Below, piece by piece: positions 9,553 through 19,708 of a stretch of DNA of 64,000 nucleotides (within the stretch, counting starts at the first letter, position 1; every line of letters begins with the position of its first letter). The notes beneath the pieces are model-generated. The model saw nothing but the letters and a program-made list of their open reading frames with translations. It made no database searches and was not told the origin of the DNA. Position numbers and translations under genes: made by a program. Source of the DNA: Pseudomonadota bacterium (GTDB lineage: Bacteria > Myxococcota_A > UBA9160 > SZUA-336). Where the stretch lies: NCBI GenBank assembly GCA_003247575.1, contig QJZC01000004.1, positions 3,103 to 67,102 on the forward strand. Reading direction: 5' to 3'.

Positions 9553-12500
9553 AGTCGTCGCCCAGCTGGATGTGGCACAGGGTGAGGGTGTGCTCGCACG
9601 ACCCGCGGCACTCGCCCGGCCAGTCTGGGTGTTGGTCCCTTCGCGCGCCCTGCGCCAGCAGCTGCTCGCGGATTGGGTCCAGCAGACGCGCCGGCCGCTC
9701 CTGGGACTGCGCGTGGAGACATTCGCGGCTGCGGCTGCCGAGGTCCTGCGACGTTCGGGGATCGATCTCGCACCTGCCGACGCGCTGTTCCCGGTTCTGA
9801 TCCAGCGAGCGTTGTCGCTGCAAACGGATTTGGCTCATGACGTCGGCCGACTGCGCGCACGCGCTTCGATCGTGGCCGCCTCGGTCGCCGATCTGCTGGA
9901 TGCCGGGTTGGAGGACTCGAGCGCAGAGGCCTGCGAGGAAGCGCTCTCCGGTCTGCAAGGGGAGCCCGCGCGCCGTGCTCGCGGAGTCGTGCGCGTGGCG
10001 CTTCAGGTACGAAGATGGCTAGGTGCGTTGGGATGGGCCCGGCCGGGAGATCGCCTCGACCGAGCCGGCCGTATGCTCGACCAGTTCGGTGCGGAGGTCC
10101 TGCCCGCCTCTCGGGTGTGGATCTACGGAGTGGTCGATGCGACAGGGAGGCTCTACGACTTCCTGGATGCCGTCGTCCGGACGCACGACGCACGCATCAT
10201 CGTCGATGCCCCCCCCGATCCGATGCGCTCAGGGCAGCTGCTCACGGACTATGTCGAGAGCTTCGTGGTGCGGATGGGAGGGACCCTTTCGAAGCGGGCG
10301 CAGCCGGCGGGCGAGATCCCCGATCCGAGCGCGAGCGGAGTGCTCTCGTCACGAGCAGACTCCGCGCTCCCGCCCGCGCGAGACGCGCGCATCGAGGGGA
10401 TCTGCGCAGCAGGAGCCGAGGGCGAGGTGCGAGCGGTCGCTGCGCGTGTGCGAGCGCAGCTGGACGCGGGGTGCGCACCAGAGTCGATCGCGGTGGTGGC
10501 GCGCAACCTGGAGAGCTACTCGGTGCCCCTGCGGACGCACTTCGGGCGGCTCGGAATTCCGTTCTCCGGCCTGGATCTTGCGGGTCCATCGGACCCCGCG
10601 GGCATGCGCACGCTCGTCGTGCCCGAGCTGATCCGGCGGGGGCCGGAGACGCCGCTCGATCGTTGGCTCGATGCGCTCGGGTACATCGAGGAGCTCGGGT
10701 CGGCGGAGCGCCCCGAGCCTCGACGCAACCCGCTGCGTCGAGACCTGGCGACCGCGTTCCATGCGCTCGGGCTGGGACGACTCCGCGACCTGGCCGAGCT
10801 GGATCTAGGCGAGCGCCTCGGCGAGCGCAGCGTTCTGCGCCTTCCGGGGCCTGCTCGCCAGTTTGCGCCGCTCGATCCGGGCGCGGACGCGTTGGACTTC
10901 GAGGAGGCGGATGGTCTCATGGACTCCGATCGGCCTCCCGCTGCTCACGTCACGCGCGCGCAGCTCGAGCTGGCGCGCCTGCGCGCCGCACGCTTGCTGC
11001 GTTGCTTCGAGATCTGGGGCTCGGTGCGCAGCGCAGCAGACCACGCACGGCTGCTGCAGCGGTTGCTGAGTGAGGAGCTCGGCCATGACGAGGCGGTTCC
11101 CGGCTTCGATCGTCTGTCCGAAGCGATCGAGCTGCTGTTCGCGTGGCTACCCGAAGACTTCGAACTCGATCGGGTGGAGCTCGCGGACGCACTCGAGCAA
11201 CAGCTGCGTGCGCGCGCGGCTACGGCGTTCGGTGGTGTGGGCGGCGGAGTGCAGATTCTCGAGGTGACCGCGGCGCGAGCGCTCGCATGGGAGTCGCTGT
11301 TCGTCCTCGGCCTCAATCGCAACGTGTTCCCGCGAGTCGTGAGCGAGGATCCTCTACTGCCCGATTCCTTGCGCCGAGCTCTGCTATCCGTACTGCCGGA
11401 GCTACCCATCAAGGCGCGCGGTCACGTCGAGGAGGAGCATCTCTTCGCGCAGCTGCTCTCGGCGAGCGCGAGGGTCACGCTCGCCTACCAGAACGTATCG
11501 GACGACGGAGATGAGCGACCTGCCTCGGTGCTGCTGCGCCGCTACCAGCTTGCTCATCCAGGCTTCCGAGCCGAGGTCTTCGAGCCGCCGCTCTCGCTGC
11601 GCTCGGAGCTTGCGACTCGCCCAGCCTTCGAGCATGCGGTGCGTGCGGCTCTGCACGCGTCTGGCCAAGAAGCGGAGCTGGTCTTGCGTCTGATGCTAGA
11701 GGACGAGCCGAACTACGCTGTGGGTGCCGCTGGCGCGCTGCTCGGAAGCACGGAGCTCGCGTCGGCACGATCCGCCGTGGTTGCCGCCTTGGACACTCCA
11801 CCGCATCGTGCCGTCGACTTCGGAGGGTTCTTGGGGAGAGTCGGCGAATTCTCCTCGCCGCGAGAGGTCGTTGCGATCACTACACTCGAAGGTGTAGCGC
11901 GCTGCCCTTGGCAGACGTTCCTGCGCAAGGTGCTGCGCTTGCAAGCTCCCCCTGATGCGCTCGATGTGTTGCCGGCCCTCGATCCGCGTTGGGTAGGAAT
12001 CGCGGTGCACGCGACCTTCGAGCTGATCGTCGCGCGCGCCGCCAGCGGATCGTCGCACAGGCGCGCTCCGACCTTTGCGGTCGCTTGGCCGTCAGCGGAC
12101 GAACGAGGCGCGATCATCCTCGAGGCCTGTCGCCGCACCCTGATCGACGCGGGCATCGCTTTCACCGGACTGATGCGTGCCCTCGCAGCGCTGGTGCAGC
12201 CGCAGGTCGAGTCCGCGCATGCGCTGCTGTGGCCACAGGATGGTAGCGCCCTCGAAGTCTACGGCGCAGAGGTCCCGGGTAGCTTCGGCATCGAGCGGTC
12301 GGATCAGAGCGCACGCCAAATTCACTTCCGCGCAGATCTCGCAGTGGTCCAGGCTGGACGCCGCCGTTGGATCGACCTCAAGACGGGCAGGCCGCTCTCG
12401 ACCGCGGCCAAGCCGGACACGCGCCGCAAGCACCTGCTGCAGTCCGTCGCCAAGGGCACGCACCTGCAGGCCCTCGCCTATGCATCTGCGGCCGCGCCAA

Positions 12501-12850
12501 GCGAGGATGGGCCCGATGGAACGCAGACACAGGGTGCGTACGTATTTCTGGCTCCGGAGCTTCCGCGCGAGCATGCGCTCTGGGTCATGGACCTGGACGA
12601 CGACGAGCTCCGCCGGACCTTCGAGCGGACCACCCGCGCGCTCGCCGGCGCTTGGGAGTCCGGATGCTTCTTCCCGCGCTTGATCGAGCCCGATCGCGAT
12701 CAAGCGCCGACTGCATGCGGGTACTGCGAGGTGGCGGAGGCCTGTCACCAGGGGGACTCCGGAGCGCGGCTCCGACTGCGCGAGGTGACCAAGCGCGCTA
12801 CCGAGCGTGCCTTCCTCGACGTCTGGCAGCTCCCGCACGGTCGTTGGTAG
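9467..12850 (+). CDS. addB: AddB/RexB-like helicase-nuclease subunit (inactive helicase fold plus PD-(D/E)XK nuclease)
   Basis: C-terminal RCPWQ...RADL...IDLKTG...LQALAY...CGYCEVAEAC (four-Cys iron-staple pattern); adjacent to addA. Start estimated at ATG 9467 or 9476. Confidence 0.82.
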   Translation: MISMTGDPGHGRLVVCSGVRAARDRLATEVVAQLDVAQGEGVLARPAALARPVWVLVPSRALRQQLLADWVQQTRRPLLGLRVETFAAAAAEVLRRSGIDLAPADALFPVLIQRALSLQTDLAHDVGRLRARASIVAASVADLLDAGLEDSSAEACEEALSGLQGEPARRARGVVRVALQVRRWLGALGWARPGDRLDRAGRMLDQFGAEVLPASRVWIYGVVDATGRLYDFLDAVVRTHDARIIVDAPPDPMRSGQLLTDYVESFVVRMGGTLSKRAQPAGEIPDPSASGVLSSRADSALPPARDARIEGICAAGAEGEVRAVAARVRAQLDAGCAPESIAVVARNLESYSVPLRTHFGRLGIPFSGLDLAGPSDPAGMRTLVVPELIRRGPETPLDRWLDALGYIEELGSAERPEPRRNPLRRDLATAFHALGLGRLRDLAELDLGERLGERSVLRLPGPARQFAPLDPGADALDFEEADGLMDSDRPPAAHVTRAQLELARLRAARLLRCFEIWGSVRSAADHARLLQRLLSEELGHDEAVPGFDRLSEAIELLFAWLPEDFELDRVELADALEQQLRARAATAFGGVGGGVQILEVTAARALAWESLFVLGLNRNVFPRVVSEDPLLPDSLRRALLSVLPELPIKARGHVEEEHLFAQLLSASARVTLAYQNVSDDGDERPASVLLRRYQLAHPGFRAEVFEPPLSLRSELATRPAFEHAVRAALHASGQEAELVLRLMLEDEPNYAVGAAGALLGSTELASARSAVVAALDTPPHRAVDFGGFLGRVGEFSSPREVVAITTLEGVARCPWQTFLRKVLRLQAPPDALDVLPALDPRWVGIAVHATFELIVARAASGSSHRRAPTFAVAWPSADERGAIILEACRRTLIDAGIAFTGLMRALAALVQPQVESAHALLWPQDGSALEVYGAEVPGSFGIERSDQSARQIHFRADLAVVQAGRRRWIDLKTGRPLSTAAKPDTRRKHLLQSVAKGTHLQALAYASAAAPSEDGPDGTQTQGAYVFLAPELPREHALWVMDLDDDELRRTFERTTRALAGAWESGCFFPRLIEPDRDQAPTACGYCEVAEACHQGDSGARLRLREVTKRATERAFLDVWQLPHGRW

Positions 12851-12865
12851 CGCGAGCGGAGCCAC

Positions 12866-15800
12866 ATGAGCGGATCGAGCAGGATCTCTCCCACCCCCCA
12901 CCGAAGCGAGCTTGCGGAGTCCGATGCGTTCGCACGCCGGCTGGCCCAGACCGAATTCGAGCAGCCGCTCGTGCTCGAGGCGGGAGCGGGTACAGGCAAG
13001 ACGCACACCTTGGTCGCGCGCATCGTCGCCTGGATGCTCGGCCTGGGCTGGGCTCGGGCGAGCGCACATTGCGGAGACGATGCACGGCCCGAGCGAATCG
13101 CCGCTCGCGTCGTCGAGCGCATCGTGGCGCTCACGTTCACGGAGGCCGCTGCCTCCGAGATGTGTACGCGCGTGGCGGCGACGCTCGCCATGCTCGCGGA
13201 CGGCCGTCTTCCGCAGGGGATCGAGCGGGACTCGCTGCCCTCCGAGGTAGCCGAGCGTAGCGCGCGGGCGCGCGCGTTGTTGGCGCAGAGCGATCGTCTG
13301 GGTGCTCGGACCCTACATTCGTACTCTCGTCATTTGCTGTCGGAACGTCCGCTCGAGGCTGGGCTGGTTCCTGGATTCGAGATCGACGCTGACGGGAGCC
13401 TGCAACGTGCGGTCGTGCGCGAGCTGATCGAGAGTCGTCTGCCGGTCTGGTACGGGGAGCCCGGAGACGAGCACGCGCTCGCGCTCGCTCGGCGTGGGAT
13501 CGCGGCGCGCGAGCTCGAGGGCGCCCTGCTGACCCTGCTCGCGGCGGGTGCCGCGCCTCGAGACCTCGAACGCGACGCGTTCTCGCCGGAGGCGCTCGCA
13601 TCGCTCTGGTCCACGGGCATTGAGCGTATGGAGTGCGTGTACGCAGCCGGTCTGGATCGCCTATCCGCGGCTAGAGGAAAGCGCACGCGCGAGCTGGTCT
13701 CGGCGCTCGATCGGCTGCGGCAGATCCTCGAGCAGCCTCCGCCGATGGCTCCGGCTCTGGCACAGGTCGCGGAGCGGATCCGAGAGCTGTTCGATGACTC
13801 GCAGTTGGGCCGTCTGGCCGAGTGGTCGCGAGCGAGGTTCAATCAGGGAGAGTCCGAGCTGATCGAGCACGATGCGGAGAGCTTGGCGCAGCAGTGTCGT
13901 GCGCTTCGCAGCTGGATCGCACATGTGGCTTCGCTCGATCCCGACTCGTTCGAGCCGGCCCGCGCGCTCCTCTCCCCGCTCCTCGGTGACGCGACGGACG
14001 AGCTCGTCGCGCGCGGAGTGCAAACCTACTCCGGCTTGATTCGAGATGCGGTCGAGCTCCTCGAGCATCCGGAGATTGCCACTCAGGTGCGCGCGCAGAT
14101 CGACCAGTTGTTGGTGGACGAGTTTCAGGATACCGACGCATTACAGTGTCGAATGCTCCGCTGTCTGGCGCTGGACCCACGCCTGGGCCCGCGCCCCGGC
14201 CTGTTCCTGGTGGGTGATCCGAAGCAGTCGATCTACGGCTGGCGTCAGGCCGATCTGGCAGCGTACGAGGGCTTCGTCAGCGAGGTGATCGCAGCCGGCG
14301 GAGCGAAGCAACGCCTCTCGCTCAACTTTCGCTCGCTGCCGGCAATCCTCGACGAGGTCGAGACGGCGATCGCACCGGTGATGCGCTACGAGCGGGGTGT
14401 CCAGCCAGGCTTCGAGCCGTTGATTGCGCACCGAGTCGCGGCCGAAGATTCATCACAAGCCGCCTCTGAGAGAGAGTCTTCGCGTGGCTGTGTCGAGTAC
14501 TGGATCCCATGCGAGATGGATGCAAACGATGCACGCCCCGTGCAGACGTCGCGGGAACGAGCGATCCAGCTGGAAGCGCGCGCCGTCGCCTTGGACATGT
14601 GCCGGCAGCACGCCGAGTGTGGGGTCGCATGGGGGCGCATGGCGCTGCTGCTGCGTGCGCGCACGGATCAGGAGGCGTTTCTGGCCGCGCTGCGTGAGCA
14701 TGCCGTCCCGTTCGAGGTACAGGGCGATCGCGGCTACTATCGGCGACGTGAAGTCATCGAGGCGGCTGCATGGGTCCGTTGTATCGTGGATGCGCGCGAC
14801 TCGGTCGCTCTGGTTGCCTGGCTGCGCTCGTCTCCGGTCGGCGTGCCCGATTCCGCGCTGCTCCCCCTTTGGAAGATGGGTCTCCCCGAGCGGCTCGCCG
14901 AGCTCTCGCGGCCGGATCCTGTTCGGCTCGCGGCGCTGTTTGCCGACATTCGCGCTTGCGGCCGCGCTGTTCCCGCCAGCGCAGCCCTCGACCCTGTGCT
15001 CGCGCAGGCCTGGCCGGCCACGTTGTGTGCGGCCGTCGAGACGCTCGCGCGACTACGCGAATCGTTCGAGACCGAGCCGGCCGACCACTTCGTCGAGAAG
15101 CTGCGCACCTTGTCCTTGCTGGAAGTGAGCGAGGGCCGGCGCTATCTCGGTGCGTATCGGGTGGCGAATCTGGATCGGTACTTCCGGACTCTCGTGCGCG
15201 ATCTCGGTGCTGGCACGGGCGACGTGGCGCACGTCTTGAGGCGTCTGCGGCAGCGCGTTCGCGATGCCGAGGAAGCCGAGGAGAGTCGAATCGCCGAGTC
15301 TCAGCGCGACGCGGTGTCCGTTCTGACGATTCATCAAGCGAAGGGCCTGGACTTCGATCACGTCTATCTGGCGCAGCTCTACAAGGGCAGTCGCCGTGCG
15401 GACGTCCCGAGTGTCGCGGCCATACGCATTGGGGACGTGCTCGAGTACGTGTTGTTTCGCGCACCTACACCCGGCTGGTTCCACAGCGCGGAACGCGCCC
15501 TCGCCGTCGAGCGCGCGGAGCAGGTTCGTACGTTCTATGTCGCGCTGACGCGGGCGCGCGATCGCCTGGTGCTCTCCGGAGTGGGCCCGGTGGGTGTGCG
15601 CGGCGGCGGACCCTCGGCGCATGCTGCGAGCTACGCGGATCTACTGGCGACGCGCGCGCGCGGGCTCCCGAGCCTCGACGAACTCGCGGCGCAGGATCCT
15701 GCTGCCGAGACCGTCTGGGACGATGTGCGCTGGTGTTTTCTGGCGCGGCGTGTTCTCGCCAGCAAACCCACGAGCGGCGCAGGGCCCACGCTCACATCTC

Positions 15801-16501
15801 CAGCCGAGCAGGCTCGCCGCGATCTCCCGCGACTGCGCGAGTTGCGGGCGAGTGCCCAGCGTCGTTCGGCCCGCGCCTTGGGGGCGCCGGTCACGCAAGC
15901 TCGACTGTCGGAGCCGACTTTCGCCGACCTTCGCAGTGGGAAGCGGCGCGGCAGTGGCCTGAGTGCCTTCGGCGCGCGCGCGCTCGGTAGCATCGTGCAC
16001 GGTCTGCTCGAAGAGCTCGATCTCGCGGCCGAGGTGGATGCAATCGATGCGGGGCTCGAGCGCGGGCTCCGGGCTCACGCGCGGGCGGATGAACGCGAGG
16101 ATGTGAGGCAGGCAGTGGTGGAGTTCTGGCACCGTTTCCAGCAGGGCCCGCTGCGCGCTCGCCTGCGCGAGCTTGCGAGTTGCGTGGTGGCGCGCGAGCT
16201 ACCCTTCGTGATGCCCGTTGCGAACGACCTTCGGAGCGAGGATGCGCCGCTCTACTACAACTCGGGGACCATCGACCTGGTGTACCGCGATCTCGGCCTC
16301 GGGACTCTGGTGGTGGTCGACTTCAAGACGGAGTCGGCTCATGGCGAGGGCGAAGCTTCGAAGTCGGAAGGTCCGCGGTCTGCCGCGATCCGTCAGGTCC
16401 AGGCGTACATGATCGCGCTGCGAGATGGGTTGCGGCTCGATCCGCCGCCTCGTGGCGAGCTGTGGTATCTCGCGACGGGACAGATCGTCGAAGTCAGCTG
16501 A
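12866..16501 (+). CDS. addA: AddA/RecB-like UvrD helicase with C-terminal nuclease
   Basis: EAGAGTGKT, LTFTEAAASEM, VDEFQDT, VGDPKQSIYGWR, LTIHQAKGL, YVALTRARD; nuclease GTIDL...VDFKT...QVQAY. Confidence 0.9.
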   Translation: MSGSSRISPTPHRSELAESDAFARRLAQTEFEQPLVLEAGAGTGKTHTLVARIVAWMLGLGWARASAHCGDDARPERIAARVVERIVALTFTEAAASEMCTRVAATLAMLADGRLPQGIERDSLPSEVAERSARARALLAQSDRLGARTLHSYSRHLLSERPLEAGLVPGFEIDADGSLQRAVVRELIESRLPVWYGEPGDEHALALARRGIAARELEGALLTLLAAGAAPRDLERDAFSPEALASLWSTGIERMECVYAAGLDRLSAARGKRTRELVSALDRLRQILEQPPPMAPALAQVAERIRELFDDSQLGRLAEWSRARFNQGESELIEHDAESLAQQCRALRSWIAHVASLDPDSFEPARALLSPLLGDATDELVARGVQTYSGLIRDAVELLEHPEIATQVRAQIDQLLVDEFQDTDALQCRMLRCLALDPRLGPRPGLFLVGDPKQSIYGWRQADLAAYEGFVSEVIAAGGAKQRLSLNFRSLPAILDEVETAIAPVMRYERGVQPGFEPLIAHRVAAEDSSQAASERESSRGCVEYWIPCEMDANDARPVQTSRERAIQLEARAVALDMCRQHAECGVAWGRMALLLRARTDQEAFLAALREHAVPFEVQGDRGYYRRREVIEAAAWVRCIVDARDSVALVAWLRSSPVGVPDSALLPLWKMGLPERLAELSRPDPVRLAALFADIRACGRAVPASAALDPVLAQAWPATLCAAVETLARLRESFETEPADHFVEKLRTLSLLEVSEGRRYLGAYRVANLDRYFRTLVRDLGAGTGDVAHVLRRLRQRVRDAEEAEESRIAESQRDAVSVLTIHQAKGLDFDHVYLAQLYKGSRRADVPSVAAIRIGDVLEYVLFRAPTPGWFHSAERALAVERAEQVRTFYVALTRARDRLVLSGVGPVGVRGGGPSAHAASYADLLATRARGLPSLDELAAQDPAAETVWDDVRWCFLARRVLASKPTSGAGPTLTSPAEQARRDLPRLRELRASAQRRSARALGAPVTQARLSEPTFADLRSGKRRGSGLSAFGARALGSIVHGLLEELDLAAEVDAIDAGLERGLRAHARADEREDVRQAVVEFWHRFQQGPLRARLRELASCVVARELPFVMPVANDLRSEDAPLYYNSGTIDLVYRDLGLGTLVVVDFKTESAHGEGEASKSEGPRSAAIRQVQAYMIALRDGLRLDPPPRGELWYLATGQIVEVS

Positions 16502-16856
16502 CGACCTTTGCCACCGTGCGCAGCAGCTGCTCGGGGTCGAAGGGCTTGACGATCCATCCGGTCGCGCCCGCCGCCTTGCCGCGCTGCTTCTGCTCGGCGC
16601 TCGAGTCCGTCGTCAGCACCAGGATCGGCGTGAACTTGTAGGCGGGCAGGGTGCGCAGCTCGCCTACCAGAGTGATCCCATCCATGCGCGGCATGTTGAT
16701 GTCGGTGATCACCAGATCGAATGACTCGGCCGCCGCGATCTCGAGCGCCTCCACGCCATCTTCCGCACAGCGGGGCTGGTGGCCGCCACTCTCGAGTGTG
16801 TATTGAACCATCTCACGCATCGACTTGGAGTCGTCGACACAAAGTATGCGGGCCAT
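16494..16856 (-). CDS. cheY: Chemotaxis response regulator CheY-like (single receiver domain)
   Basis: VDDS, DINMPRMDG, PILVLTT, GATGWIVKPF. Confidence 0.9.
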   Translation of the reverse strand: MARILCVDDSKSMREMVQYTLESGGHQPRCAEDGVEALEIAAAESFDLVITDINMPRMDGITLVGELRTLPAYKFTPILVLTTDSSAEQKQRGKAAGATGWIVKPFDPEQLLRTVAKVVS

Positions 16857-16917
16857 CCCCACCCACTCCCGTCGTTAGCGAACGAAGTGCTTTCGTGCGG
16901 CTGAACTTCTAGGGGTC

Positions 16918-16944
16918 TCTTCGGCTGCTACAGGGTGGTCTTGA
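16918..16944 (-). promoter_or_regulatory. Sigma28 (FliA) promoter of cheY
   Basis: Minus strand TCAAG-N14-GCCGAAGA with canonical spacing, upstream of a chemotaxis gene. Confidence 0.6.
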
Positions 16945-17178
16945 ACTCTAACTCGCCCGGTGCGGAGAAGAGGCGCTCTGCTGGGCCGGTGATCTAGGCT
17001 GGCGCCTGCGGGTATTGCACAGGCGTGCCAGCGGTGGCCAGCATGTGCACGGGCGGATCAGCGGGGAAAGAGTGCGTTCCGCGCGAGAGCCTCCTGCCAA
17101 GGCGGCTGCGAGCGCACCTTGCAACGCGGAGTGCCGTCCCCTGTACGGTTCTCCGCGGACAGAGCCGATAGCGAGGCC

Positions 17179-18294
17179 ATGCCTGCAGTCCCGTCGTCAT
17201 CTTCACCGGAGTGCGAAGCAGAGACGTGCGCCAATCTGGACTCCACCCGTTCGGGCGGTTCTGATCGGGTGGGAGGCTCTGAGCTGGCGTACGAATCTCG
17301 TCCGGAGTCGCTGATGGATGTGATCGGCGCGATCAGTCGCTTCTCCTGTGTGGAGATTGGCGAGGTCAGTCGGATGTCGGTCGGGCTGCGCAAGCTACTC
17401 GCCGACGCGGTGGTCACCATGCGTGAGAGCTTTCACGGGATGCGCGAGGGTGCGGAGGGCCAAGCTGCGCTCGTCGAGCAGATGGTGGGGGAGCTTGCGA
17501 CCGACACCGAGGATCTCGTCAGGCGGGAGCGCGGCTTTCAGCACTTCGCAGCAGAGCTCGATGAGGTGTTGAGGGGCCTGGTCGACCGGCTCGAGCTGAT
17601 GGGAGCCACCAGCTGTCGCATGACCGCACTCGCCCATCGCGGCTTCGCGTACGTCGAGGAGATCAGCCAGATTGCGAAGCGCGTCGGGGATATCGCCGAC
17701 CAGACGCGTTGGCTGTCCCTGAACGCGCGTATCGAGGCCGCTCACGCGGGCGATGCGGGCTCGGGCTTCGAGGTCGTGGCTACCGAGGTCAAGAATCTGG
17801 CGAACGATGCCGCCGATGCGGCACAACGCATCTCCGACGCGGTCGACGAGGCGAAGAAGGTTTCCGAGCAGATGTCGCATCGCTCTGCCGAGGTGGCGCT
17901 CGGCGAGGCTCGCGGCGCACTCGAGGCCGGGGAGCGTGTCGGCGAGATCATGCGCGAGGTGAGCGAGCTCAATGGCCGCGCCATGCACGCCTTCGAGCAG
18001 ATCTCACAGCTCGCGCAGAAGCTCAAGCGTGATGCCGCGCGGGCGGTGATGAGCCTGCAGTTCGAGGACATCGCGCGCCAGCAGCTCGAATTCGTGGAGG
18101 CGACCCTGAGTCGCGTGACCGACGTTCTCACGGTCCTCGACTGCGCTTGTCGTGAATCGGACGGGAGTTCGACGGACTCCGCGCGCCTGGCCGCCGATCT
18201 ACGCGGCGTCCTCGAGCGCACTCGCGGGAGCGAGATTCGCAATGTCGCGCACCAGACCGACGTAAGCGGCGGCGGGGGCTGCGACTTCTTCTAG
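17179..18294 (+). CDS. Soluble methyl-accepting chemotaxis protein
   Basis: IADQTRWLSLNARIEAAHAGDAGSGFEVVATEVKNLA signalling hairpin; AVMSLQFED; no transmembrane segment. Start uncertain (17179 or 17313). Confidence 0.88.
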   Translation: MPAVPSSSSPECEAETCANLDSTRSGGSDRVGGSELAYESRPESLMDVIGAISRFSCVEIGEVSRMSVGLRKLLADAVVTMRESFHGMREGAEGQAALVEQMVGELATDTEDLVRRERGFQHFAAELDEVLRGLVDRLELMGATSCRMTALAHRGFAYVEEISQIAKRVGDIADQTRWLSLNARIEAAHAGDAGSGFEVVATEVKNLANDAADAAQRISDAVDEAKKVSEQMSHRSAEVALGEARGALEAGERVGEIMREVSELNGRAMHAFEQISQLAQKLKRDAARAVMSLQFEDIARQQLEFVEATLSRVTDVLTVLDCACRESDGSSTDSARLAADLRGVLERTRGSEIRNVAHQTDVSGGGGCDFF

Positions 18295-18520
18295 CAGCCG
18301 CGGCGCAGCCGGGTAGCATTCGAAGGGCAGGGCCGGTGGCACGGTCGAGCACGTGCGCAGATCGAGATCCGTCGTTCCAAGGAGGCTGGAGCGGCACAGA
18401 TCCGAAAGCCGATCTCAGCGGGTAGCTGGAGGCGCGGGCCCGTGGGCGGCGGACGGCCTGGCGGGTCCGTACTCGTCGGCCTGCTCGCCGAGCGTGCGCC
18501 TGCGGTACACTGCGCAGCCT

Positions 18521-19681
18521 ATGGATCTGGAGCTTCTCGATCTCTCGCAGCTGCGCCAGCGCCGTGGCGAGAAGTGGCGCCGATATCCGGAAGATGTGCT
18601 GCCCGCCTGGGTGGCCGACATGGATTTCGGCCTCGCCGCCCCCTTGCGCGAGTGCCTCCGCAGAGCCGTCGAGCTCTCGGACGTCGGCTACCCGCAGTAT
18701 GCCTCGGATCACGGCGTGCAAGCGGTGCTGGCAGCGCGCATGCAGCGACTCTACGGGTGGCGCATCGAAGCCGAGAGAGTCGAGGTTCTGAGCGATGTGG
18801 TTCAGGGTCTGTACCTCGGGCTGATTGCCTTTTCCGGTCCCGGAGACGGCGTCATTACTCCGCTGCCCGTATATCCTCCGTTTCTGAGCGCTGTGGGCGA
18901 ACTCGGGCGGAAGCGGGTCCCACTGCACCTCGTGCCGGGAAAGGATCGCTTCGAACTCGACTTCGACCGGCTCGAGGCCGCGCTCGATCCGTCGCCGAAG
19001 GTGCTGATGCTCTGCCATCCGCACAATCCAACAGGGCGCGTGCTGGAGCGTTCGGAGCTCGAGCGTCTGGCAGAGCTGACCCTGCGCCATGGCTGGGTCG
19101 TGCTGTCCGACGAGATTCACGCCGACCTCTGTTACACGCCGCATACGCACGTGCCGTTCGCATGTCTCTCGCCCGAGGTCGAGGCGCGCACGATCACGCT
19201 CACGTCGGCGAGCAAGGCGTTCAATTTGGCTGGCCTGCGCTGTGCCGTAGCGGTCTTCGGCAGTGCCGAGCTGCAGCGTGACTTCCAAGCGCAGATCGGC
19301 CGGCACACGCGTGGTGGGCTCGGAATTCTCGGACTGGAGACGACGCGGGTCGCGTGGACCGAGTGCGACGCCTGGCTTGCCGAGCTGCGGAGCTACTTGC
19401 GGGGCAACCGGGATGCCGTCGCCGACTTCCTCGCGAGTCGTTGGCCCGACGTGAGTCATCATCCCCCGGAGGCAACCTATCTGGCTTGGCTCGATTGTCG
19501 GGAGCTGGACCTGCCCGAGGGTGCCTATCGATTCTTTCTGCGTCGCGCCAAGGTCGCGCTTTCTCCCGGAGAAGCGTATGGGGCCGAGGGCACTGGCTAT
19601 GTGCGGCTCAACTTCGCGACGTCGCGTCGAGTGCTACACGAAATACTGGAGCGGATGGATTCCGCGCTCGAGCGACTCTGA
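18521..19681 (+). CDS. PLP-dependent cystathionine beta-lyase, MalY/PatB family
   Basis: KW...DVLPAWVADMDF, LCHPHNPTGRV, SDEIHADL, SASKAFNLAGL, RLNFAT. Confidence 0.93.
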   Translation: MDLELLDLSQLRQRRGEKWRRYPEDVLPAWVADMDFGLAAPLRECLRRAVELSDVGYPQYASDHGVQAVLAARMQRLYGWRIEAERVEVLSDVVQGLYLGLIAFSGPGDGVITPLPVYPPFLSAVGELGRKRVPLHLVPGKDRFELDFDRLEAALDPSPKVLMLCHPHNPTGRVLERSELERLAELTLRHGWVVLSDEIHADLCYTPHTHVPFACLSPEVEARTITLTSASKAFNLAGLRCAVAVFGSAELQRDFQAQIGRHTRGGLGILGLETTRVAWTECDAWLAELRSYLRGNRDAVADFLASRWPDVSHHPPEATYLAWLDCRELDLPEGAYRFFLRRAKVALSPGEAYGAEGTGYVRLNFATSRRVLHEILERMDSALERL

Positions 19682-19708
19682 TCGCTCGACCGCAGAGGAG
19701 GGAAGACG

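Noticed and set aside
17016-17030. TGGCACG...TGCA on the minus strand, sigma54-like
   Set aside because: Spacing is GG-N9-GC; sigma54 requires N10.
18337-18350. TGGCACGG upstream of malY, sigma54-like
   Set aside because: GG-N9-GC spacing and no TTGC element.
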